Shown here one piece after another: positions 56,627 to 64,000 of a stretch of 64,000 bases of DNA. The translations under genes were made by a program, and so were the position numbers. The notes under the pieces were generated by a model that searched no databases, was not told where the DNA came from, and worked only from the letters and a program-made list of their open reading frames with translations. The first letter of the stretch is position 1, and each line of letters starts with the position of its first letter. Source of the stretch: Terracidiphilus sp. (lineage in GTDB: Bacteria > Acidobacteriota > Terriglobia > Terriglobales > Acidobacteriaceae); contig DATFRB010000033.1 in NCBI GenBank assembly GCA_035263625.1, positions 53,539-117,538 on the forward strand, in the 5' to 3' direction.

Positions 56627-56729
56627 ATTACAAGCGTTTCAGATTGTGGATGAAATCCTCACGGGGTCTTTATGGGTGGTGCCCTAGGATGCAGGTACAT
56701 AAAAAAACACCTGCCTCCCAAGGAGACCC

Positions 56730-57758
56730 ATGGCGAAATACAAACTGGAGTACATCTGGCTGGACGGCAAAACGCCCATCCCTGAACTGCGCGGCAAAAC
56801 GACGATCAAGTCGTTCGACGCGACGCCCACCCTTGCCGATCTGCCCCTGTGGGGATTTGACGGCAGCTCGACGATGCAGGCCGAAGGCAAGAGCAGCGAT
56901 TGCATTCTGAAGCCAGTGGCGCTGTATCCCGATGGCAGCCGCAAGAGCGCGTACCTGGTGCTTTGCGAAGTAAACCACCCGGACGGAACGCCCCACGCGA
57001 GCAACATGCGCGCGACAGCCGAGGACGATCCGGACCTGTGGTTCGGATTCGAGCAGGAGTACTTCCTTTACAAGGACGGGCGGCCGCTGGGATTTCCGAC
57101 GGAGGGCTTCCCTGCCCCGCAGGGTCCGTACTACTGCGGCGTGGGATACAAGTACATGGGGTCAATTGCGCGGACGATCGTTGACGAGCATCTCGACCTG
57201 TGCCTGCATGCGGGGATCAACCACGAGGGCATCAACGCGGAAGTGGCGAAGGGGCAGTGGGAGTTCCAGATCTTCGGGAAGGGATCGCACAAGGCTGCCG
57301 ACGATTTGTGGATCGCGCGCTACCTGATGATGCGGCTCTGCGAGAAGTACGAAGTGGACGTGATGTGGCACTGCAAGCCGATCAGGGGCGATTGGAACGG
57401 GTCGGGGATGCATACGAACTTCTCGACAAAGTGCCTGCGCGAGGTCGGCGGCAAGGAGTACTTCGAGTCGCTGATGGAGGCGTTCGAGGACAACATTGCG
57501 GCGCACATCGAGGTGTACGGGCCCGATAACCACCTGCGGCTGACGGGACACCATGAGACGCAGTCGATCGACAAGTTTTCGTATGGGTTGTCGGACAGGG
57601 GCGCTTCGATCCGGCTGCCGGTGAACTTTATCCGCAACGGATACCGCGGGTACCTCGAAGACCGGCGGCCGAATTCCGAGGCGGATCCGTACCAGATCGT
57701 TTCGCGGATTCTGAAGACGGTGAGCAACGTTTCGCTGCCGGAGCTGGAGTTGGCATAG
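56730..57758 (+). CDS. glnII: Glutamine synthetase type II
   Basis: 342 aa with KLEYIWLDG, WGFDGSST, WFGFEQEY, GINAEV.KGQWEFQI, DWNGSGMHTN, RLTGHHET, RGASIR and YLEDRRP. Confidence 0.95.
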   Translation: MAKYKLEYIWLDGKTPIPELRGKTTIKSFDATPTLADLPLWGFDGSSTMQAEGKSSDCILKPVALYPDGSRKSAYLVLCEVNHPDGTPHASNMRATAEDDPDLWFGFEQEYFLYKDGRPLGFPTEGFPAPQGPYYCGVGYKYMGSIARTIVDEHLDLCLHAGINHEGINAEVAKGQWEFQIFGKGSHKAADDLWIARYLMMRLCEKYEVDVMWHCKPIRGDWNGSGMHTNFSTKCLREVGGKEYFESLMEAFEDNIAAHIEVYGPDNHLRLTGHHETQSIDKFSYGLSDRGASIRLPVNFIRNGYRGYLEDRRPNSEADPYQIVSRILKTVSNVSLPELELA

Positions 57759-57865
57759 GGGCTTGATCGCGCCGGCGCGCGCGTACGGGCTGGTCTAACT
57801 GCCTCAAGTCTGCGAGGCACGCATGGAAGCACAGCGCAGTAGAACATGGACGCGGCAAATACTGG

Positions 57866-57920
57866 CCGGGCATGAGCCGGAACGAGGGTGGTGCGCACCT
57901 TCGTTCCGGCTCATGCCCGG
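57866..57920. other. 25-bp inverted repeat between glnII and glnA
   Basis: ccgggcatgagccggaacgagggtg-gtgcg-caccttcgttccggctcatgcccgg, with a single G:T pair. Confidence 0.9.
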
Positions 57921-58033
57921 TGTTGCTTTTCACGGAGTTTCACATTTCGCCGTAGACCGCGGTTCGGCAGCAGCCCGATAAGCCGACACCTCAACAGCGA
58001 ATCGCAGCAGGCACTGAAAGGAGAAGGACCTCG

Positions 58034-59452
58034 ATGGCACGCACGCCTGATGACGTAAGAAAGATTGCGAAGGATGCCGGCATAAAGATCGTCGACCTGA
58101 GGTTCATCGATCTGCCGGGGATGTGGCAGCATTTTTCGATTCCGGTGGAAGACCTGGATGACTCGCTGTTCAGCGACGGAATTGGATTCGATGGATCGAG
58201 CATTCGCGGGTTCCAGCACATCCACGAGAGCGACATGCTGCTGATTGCGGACGCGAACACGGCGGTGGTGGATCCGGTGCTGCAGGTGCCGACGCTGAAC
58301 CTGATCTGCAACGTGTTCGACCCGCTGAGCCGCGAAGCGTATACGCGAGATCCGCGATACGTGGCGCAGAAGGCCGAGGCGTATCTGAAGACGACCGGCA
58401 TTGCGGATATCAGCTACTGGGGACCGGAGGCGGAGTTCTACCTCTTCGACCACGTGCGCTACGACCAGACGGCGAACAGCGGCTACTACCACGTGGACTC
58501 GCGCGAGGGCGTGTGGAACACGGGCGAGGAAGAGTCGAACCTTGGCTACAAGCTGCGGCACAAGGAGGGGTACTTCCCGGTGCCGCCGTCGGACCAGCTG
58601 CAGGACATCCGGTCGGAGATCATCCTGGCGCTGAAGGATATGGGCGTGAAGGTCGAGGTGCACCATCACGAAGTGGGAACCGCGGGGCAGTGCGAGATCG
58701 ACATGCGGTTCAACACGCTGACGACGATGGCCGACAACCTGCTCACCTACAAGTACGTCATCCGCATGATCGCGAAGAAGCATGGGATGTCGGCGACGTT
58801 CATGCCGAAGCCGCTGTTTGGCGACAACGGTTCGGGGATGCACGTGCACCAGAGCTTGTGGAAGGGCGACACGAACGTCTTCTACGACAAGGACGGATAT
58901 GCGCTGCTGAGCCAGACGGCGAAGTACTACATTGGCGGGCTGCTGAAGCATGCGCCAGCGCTGCTGGCGATTGCGGCTCCGACGACGAACTCCTACAGGC
59001 GACTGGTGCCGGGTTACGAGGCGCCGGTGAACCTGGCGTATTCGAAGCGGAACAGGTCTGCGGCTTGCAGGATCCCGGTGTATTCGACGAGCCCGAAGGC
59101 CAAGCGCATCGAGTTCAGGTGCCCCGACCCCTCGACGAATCCATATCTGTGCTTCCCGGCGCTGCTGATGGCAGGGCTGGACGGGATCAGGAACAAGATC
59201 GATCCCGGCGAGCCGCTGGACAAGGACCTCTACGAACTCGGGCCGGAGGAGGCGTCGAAGATCAAGAGCACGCCGGGCTCGCTCGGCGAGGTGCTGAATG
59301 CGCTTGAACAGGATCATGCGTTCCTGCTGGAAGGCGGGGTGTTCACGCCGGATTTGATCGAGACGTGGATCAGCTACAAGAGGGAGCGCGAACTGGCGCA
59401 GGTGAATCTGCGGCCGGTGCCGTACGAGTTCTTCCTTTATTACGATCTGTGA
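58034..59452 (+). CDS. glnA: Glutamine synthetase type I-beta
   Basis: Motifs [43 protein letters not shown] and the adenylylation-loop Tyr in DKDLYEL. Confidence 0.97.
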   Translation: MARTPDDVRKIAKDAGIKIVDLRFIDLPGMWQHFSIPVEDLDDSLFSDGIGFDGSSIRGFQHIHESDMLLIADANTAVVDPVLQVPTLNLICNVFDPLSREAYTRDPRYVAQKAEAYLKTTGIADISYWGPEAEFYLFDHVRYDQTANSGYYHVDSREGVWNTGEEESNLGYKLRHKEGYFPVPPSDQLQDIRSEIILALKDMGVKVEVHHHEVGTAGQCEIDMRFNTLTTMADNLLTYKYVIRMIAKKHGMSATFMPKPLFGDNGSGMHVHQSLWKGDTNVFYDKDGYALLSQTAKYYIGGLLKHAPALLAIAAPTTNSYRRLVPGYEAPVNLAYSKRNRSAACRIPVYSTSPKAKRIEFRCPDPSTNPYLCFPALLMAGLDGIRNKIDPGEPLDKDLYELGPEEASKIKSTPGSLGEVLNALEQDHAFLLEGGVFTPDLIETWISYKRERELAQVNLRPVPYEFFLYYDL

Positions 59453-59467
59453 GGGCATCGGGGATGG

Positions 59468-59501
59468 AAACGGCCGGCGCGGTGAATGCCGGCCGTTTTC
59501 A
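59468..59501 (+). terminator. Intrinsic terminator after glnA
   Basis: aaacggccggc (59468-59478) pairs with gccggccgttt (59488-59498), followed by tcattt. Confidence 0.7.
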
Positions 59502-59697
59502 TTTGGCGCTGGTTGAAGTATGGCAGCTGCGCCTTCCGGCAGGGCGTTTAGAATAGGGGAAACGCCGATGTTTCCCGGATTCGCACGTCCGAGTCGAGAC
59601 AGGATCGTGCTGCTCTGACCTCAACGTCTGCCTGGCCCCGCCGCAGCGAATCGCTGTGTGGCCGCGAATCAACATACTTCGCCCCAAAAGGAGATCC

Positions 59698-61125
59698 ATG
59701 TCGACCGATTACCGGAACTTTCTGGCCCTTTCGTATGAGGAGCTGGAGGAGAAGAACCTTCAAGCCAAGGCAGAACGCCTGAGCCGCATGCCCGCGGACA
59801 AGGTCCGCGAAGAGCGGTTGAAGTACCTGACCGATGAGAAGCGGATCAAGGCCGTGACGGTGCTGTTTTCGGATCTCGAGGGGCGGCTGCACCTGCTCGA
59901 CTACGACAAGAAGTTTCTGCTCGGCTCATACGAGAATCTGACGTTCGACGGCTCGTCGATTCGCGGGTTTACGGCACAGAAGGAGAGCGACCTTCGGCTG
60001 GGCATCGACTGGAGCGCGTTCTACTGGGTGCCGGCCGACGTGTTCGGCAACGGCAAGGTGCTGGTGTTCGGCGACGTGATCGACAAGGATGGGACCCAGT
60101 ATGCGGGCGACATCCGCGGCGTGCTGAAGAACTACGCCGAGAAGCTGTATGCGGAGAAGAAGCTCACGCTGAACGCTGCGACGGAGATCGAAGGCTTTCT
60201 TTTCGCGGGCCGTGACACGGAACGGAAGTTCCACGAGACGGGCAAGTTCGAATTTATCAACACGGGCGGCTACTACCACGTTCTGCCGCTCGATCCGCTG
60301 CGGCAGTTTATCGACACTTCGGCGGAAGTGCAGCGCGCAATGGGCTTCCAGAACGAGAAGGACCACCCGGAAGTCGCGCCGAGCCAGTTCGAAATTAATT
60401 TCGGGTACAGCGAAGTGGTTGCCGCTGCTGACCAGATCCAGCTTTACAAGCTGCTGTGCCGGCAGATTGCGAACAACAACGGCTACACGGCGTGCTTTAT
60501 GCCGAAGCCGGTGGTGGGCGTGAACGGAAGCGGAATGCACTCGAATGTTTCGGTGAGCGAGGGCAAGAAGAATCTGTTCTGGGACGAGAAGGGCGAGGAG
60601 AAGCTCTCGAAGTTCGGATGGGATTTCCTGGATCGCATTCTGAATAAGGCGCTGGACCTTTGCCTTATATTCAACTCGAGCGTGAACGCGTACCGGCGGC
60701 TCGATCCGCACTTTGAAGCGCCTAACCAGATACGCGCGTCGGCGACGGACCGCGGGGCGATGATCCGCGTGCCGATCGGCAATTCGCGCTCGATGCGCAC
60801 CGAAGTTCGCGCTGTGGCGCCGGATGCGAATCCGTATCTCTCGATGTACGGGATCTTCAAGACGGGCATCGATGGGAACATCTCGAAGGAGAACCTGCGC
60901 GGAGGCGGGAAGTTTCTGCCGGACAACATCTACACGGCGATTGATGACTTCAAGACGTCGAAGTGGATTGCCGAGATATTGGGAGCGGACGTGCAGACGC
61001 GGTATGCGGAGCTGAAGCAGGCCGCGGCAGACCGTTGCCCGCGCGTGCTGGGGACGTTTGTGAAGGCTTCCGAGGTGCAGTTCCATCACGAGGTGTATAA
61101 CCAGTCGCTTTGGAATTTGTTCTAG
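59698..61125 (+). CDS. Third glutamine synthetase family protein (GSI-alpha-like, N-terminal extension)
   Basis: Motifs [46 protein letters not shown] and EVR. No DLYEL adenylylation loop. Confidence 0.88.
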   Translation: MSTDYRNFLALSYEELEEKNLQAKAERLSRMPADKVREERLKYLTDEKRIKAVTVLFSDLEGRLHLLDYDKKFLLGSYENLTFDGSSIRGFTAQKESDLRLGIDWSAFYWVPADVFGNGKVLVFGDVIDKDGTQYAGDIRGVLKNYAEKLYAEKKLTLNAATEIEGFLFAGRDTERKFHETGKFEFINTGGYYHVLPLDPLRQFIDTSAEVQRAMGFQNEKDHPEVAPSQFEINFGYSEVVAAADQIQLYKLLCRQIANNNGYTACFMPKPVVGVNGSGMHSNVSVSEGKKNLFWDEKGEEKLSKFGWDFLDRILNKALDLCLIFNSSVNAYRRLDPHFEAPNQIRASATDRGAMIRVPIGNSRSMRTEVRAVAPDANPYLSMYGIFKTGIDGNISKENLRGGGKFLPDNIYTAIDDFKTSKWIAEILGADVQTRYAELKQAAADRCPRVLGTFVKASEVQFHHEVYNQSLWNLF

Positions 61126-61247
61126 GGCGCGAATGTGGGTTGATCCAGGGCGGCGGACCGGGAACGGTGCGCCGCCCTTGGTGCGTCAGGGGCGCCCGTC
61201 ATCGTGTTGATGGTGGGAAGGCGGCGGATCTCTAAACTCCGTGAGCC

Positions 61248-61298
61248 GTGCGCGGGTCTGGGGACCCACGAGACAGCCGGTCAGGAGACCGGCGGTAC
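61248..61298. repeat. Double-hairpin REP-like element
   Basis: gcgggtct-ggg-gacccac and gccggtc-agga-gaccggc-ggtac. Confidence 0.5.
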
Positions 61299-61417
61299 TG
61301 AGTTGGGCCAGGGCGGCGATTGACGGTATACAATTTCGATTTGTGTTTCCCACCAATTGACCGTCGTGCTTCCCAGCCACGGATGGTGAACCGCGCGACG
61401 GAAAAGGAATCCAGCGA

Positions 61418-63823
61418 ATGTATATGAAGCACTTTGGAGCAAGGGCAGGGACCATAGTGGCCATCGCGCTGTGCGGCGTCGCGGCGTTGGCGCAGCAGCC
61501 GAGGCAGTACACCGATGCTGATTATGCGGCGGCGGAGAAGTTCATGTCGTATAACGTGAACCCGCTGGCGTACAAGGGCGAGGTGAAGGCAAACTGGCTC
61601 GACGACAACCGCTTCTGGTACAGGGCGGTGGATGACACGGGCATCTCGTATGTGATGGTGGATCCGGCAACGGGAACGCGCGAGCCGGTTTTCGACCAGG
61701 CGAAGCTGGCGGGGATGCTGAGCGCGGCGTCGAAGGGGCGCATTCGCAACGACGCACGGCACCTGAATCTGTCGGATCTCGAGTTCTCGGACAACGACCG
61801 CGTTCTGAAGCTAGTTTCGCGCGCGTCGGTGTACCGGTGCGACATGGAGGCGGGCAAGTGCGCGCGGGTGGGCGGAACGAGCGGTGGACCGCCGGGGATG
61901 GATGAGCATGACTCGGAGGCTCCGCTTACGATGTCGCCGGATGGAAAGCTGGGGGCTTTCGTCCGCGACTGGAACCTGTGGGTGAAGGACCTGGCGACTG
62001 GCGCGGAGACGCAGCTGACAACCGACGGCGTGAAGGACTTCGGGTACGCGACGGACAACGCGGGGTGGAAGTCGTCGGATGCGGCGATTCTGCTGTGGTC
62101 GCCGGACTCGACGAAGATCGCGACGTTCCAGCAGGACCAACGCAAGGTGGGCGAGAACTATTTGGTGTCGGTGACGAACACGCACCCGGAGCTGAAGGCG
62201 TGGAAGTACCCGATGGTGGGCGACAAGATCGTGACGATGATCGAGCGGGTGATCATCGACGTGAAGACGAAGAACATGGTGCGGCTGAAGATGCCGCCGG
62301 ACCAGCACCGGTCCACGCTTTGCGACGACGTGGCGTGCGAAGGGACGACGTGGTCGGACGTGGAGTGGAGCCCGGATGGCGCGCACCTGGCGTTTGTTTC
62401 GACTTCGCGGGATCACAAACAGGAATGGCTGCGCGTGGCGGACACCGCGACGGGCGACGTACGCGAGGTGATGGGCGAAACGGCGCCGAAGTTCTACGAG
62501 AGCGGCAACGGCAGGATCAACTGGCACTACCTGCCGAAGTCGAACGAGATTCTGTGGTTCAGCGAGCGGGACAACTGGGGGAATCTCTACCTGTATGACC
62601 TTGAGACCGGGAAGCTGAAGAACCAGGTCACGCATGGGCCGGGCAATGTGACGCAGGTGCTGTATGTGGACCAGGACACGCGAGTCATTTACTTCATTGG
62701 CGTGGGCAAGGAAGAGGGACGCGATCCTTATTATCAGCACTTTTACAGCGTGCGCTTTGACGGGACTGGTCTAAAGCTGCTGACGCCGGAGAATGCCGAC
62801 CACGCAGTAAAGATTTCTCCGAACGGAAAGTATTTTGTGGATACCTACTCCACTCCGACGAAGCCGGAAGTGACGGTGGTGCGCGACCACGACGGCAAGC
62901 AGGTAATGGAGGTGGCGAAGCAGGATATTGCGCCGCTGATCGCGGCCGGATGGCAGCCGCCGACGATGATCACAGTGAAGGGGCGCGACGGGACTACGGA
63001 TCTTTATGGGTTCATGTTCAAGCCGACCCACTTTGACGCCTCGAAGAAATATCCGATTGTGAATTACGTGTATCCGGGGCCGCAGATCGGGTCGTGCGGG
63101 AACCGCGAGTTCAGGGCGTCGCATGGCGATTTGCAGTCGCTGGCGGAGCTGGGGTTTGTGGTGGTGTGCATCGACGGAATGGGGACGCCTTTCAGGTCGA
63201 AGAGCTTTCACGAGGCGTACTACGCGAACCTTGGCGACAACACGATTCCAGACCAGGTGGCCGGGATGAAGGACCTGGCGCGGCAGTACCCGTTTATCGA
63301 CCTGGACCGCGTGGGGATGTTCGGGCACTCGGGCGGCGGGAATGCGACGGCTGCGGCGATGTTCCACTACCCGGATTTCTTCAAGGTGGGGATTGCGGAG
63401 AGCGGCAACCACGACCAGCGCGACTACGAGGATGACTGGGCGGAGAAGTGGTCAGGGCTAGAAGTGAAGAATCCTGACGGGACGAGCAACTACGATTCGC
63501 AGGCGAACCAGAACTTCGCGAAGAACCTGAAGGGGCACCTGCTGCTGGCGCACGGGACGATGGACAACAACGTTCCACCCGACAACACGCTGCTGGTGGT
63601 GGACGCGCTGATTAAGGCGAACAAGGACTTCGACCTGCTGATGATTCCCAATGTGCCGCACGGATATGGGCCGGCGTCGCCTTACATGATGCGGAGGCGG
63701 TGGGATTATTTTGTGCGGTACCTCGCTGGCGATATTCCGCCGAACGAATACAAGATGAAGTCGTATTCTGCGACGCAGGCGGTGATGCGGGGCGGGCCAG
63801 ACGCGGGGGATGAGGAACCTTAG
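61418..63823 (+). CDS. S9B dipeptidyl-peptidase IV family protein, exported
   Basis: DPPIV_N beta-propeller, YPGPQ, GHSGGG nucleophile, HGTMDNNV and VPHGY. Confidence 0.95.
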   Translation: MYMKHFGARAGTIVAIALCGVAALAQQPRQYTDADYAAAEKFMSYNVNPLAYKGEVKANWLDDNRFWYRAVDDTGISYVMVDPATGTREPVFDQAKLAGMLSAASKGRIRNDARHLNLSDLEFSDNDRVLKLVSRASVYRCDMEAGKCARVGGTSGGPPGMDEHDSEAPLTMSPDGKLGAFVRDWNLWVKDLATGAETQLTTDGVKDFGYATDNAGWKSSDAAILLWSPDSTKIATFQQDQRKVGENYLVSVTNTHPELKAWKYPMVGDKIVTMIERVIIDVKTKNMVRLKMPPDQHRSTLCDDVACEGTTWSDVEWSPDGAHLAFVSTSRDHKQEWLRVADTATGDVREVMGETAPKFYESGNGRINWHYLPKSNEILWFSERDNWGNLYLYDLETGKLKNQVTHGPGNVTQVLYVDQDTRVIYFIGVGKEEGRDPYYQHFYSVRFDGTGLKLLTPENADHAVKISPNGKYFVDTYSTPTKPEVTVVRDHDGKQVMEVAKQDIAPLIAAGWQPPTMITVKGRDGTTDLYGFMFKPTHFDASKKYPIVNYVYPGPQIGSCGNREFRASHGDLQSLAELGFVVVCIDGMGTPFRSKSFHEAYYANLGDNTIPDQVAGMKDLARQYPFIDLDRVGMFGHSGGGNATAAAMFHYPDFFKVGIAESGNHDQRDYEDDWAEKWSGLEVKNPDGTSNYDSQANQNFAKNLKGHLLLAHGTMDNNVPPDNTLLVVDALIKANKDFDLLMIPNVPHGYGPASPYMMRRRWDYFVRYLAGDIPPNEYKMKSYSATQAVMRGGPDAGDEEP

Positions 63824-63867
63824 TTTACGGATTCCTGCAAGGCCTGTGGTGCGGGTTTGCGTGGTTT

Positions 63868-63904
63868 CCCATCCATCGCGCGATAAAACTGCGCGATGGA
63901 TGGG
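63868..63904. repeat. REP-like palindrome, same family as 27461 and 27647
   Basis: cccatccatcgcgc-gataaaact-gcgcgatggatggg. Confidence 0.8.
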
Positions 63905-63918
63905 AGAGCTGGCACACT

Positions 63919-64000
63919 TACTTCGATTCGTAGTGCGCTTGCGCGGTTATGGGACGTAGCAATGTTCGCGGCCGCCGGTCCGGTGGCACAGGCCGCGGTG
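63919..64000 (-). CDS. Possible 3' end of a gene running off the right edge
   Basis: An open minus-strand frame ends ...RTLLRPITAQAHYESK* next to the REP hairpin. It is too short to identify. Confidence 0.3.

Noticed and set aside
56640-56729. Glutamine (glnA) riboswitch or sigma54 promoter upstream of the GS genes
   Set aside because: No match to the glnA RNA landmarks or to TGGCAC-N5-TTGC was found in any of the three leaders.

Overview
A GC-rich bacterial chromosome window with about 45 protein genes and one tRNA-Asp. An Acidobacteriota (Terriglobia-like) origin is inferred from gene families and intergenic repeat types, not from a search. There is no prophage, transposase or CRISPR array. 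Housekeeping and metabolic genes include dnaE, asnB, queCED, rhamnose catabolism, an OlsB/OlsA-like lipid acylation pair, several peptidases (M20, M16, S53, M19, S10, S9) and glycoside hydrolases (GH10, GH16, GH5). The strongest leads are five. (1) A cytoplasmic trypsin-fold protease followed by a small Pepco/Trypco-like protein (43214-44623), a candidate conflict or defence module. (2) A secreted T4-lysozyme-fold protein with no phage context and an altered catalytic triad (40463-41683). (3) A SAM-I riboswitch controlling a threonine-synthase homologue and a ubiquitin-like sulfur carrier whose Gly-Gly end is capped by Cys-Cys (16959-18745). (4) Three different glutamine synthetase classes in tandem, with a 25-bp hairpin and a shared upstream palindrome (56730-61125). 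(5) An S53 protease whose C-terminus carries an internal lipoprotein-signal-like segment. All family assignments come from motif recognition by eye; no database searches were run.
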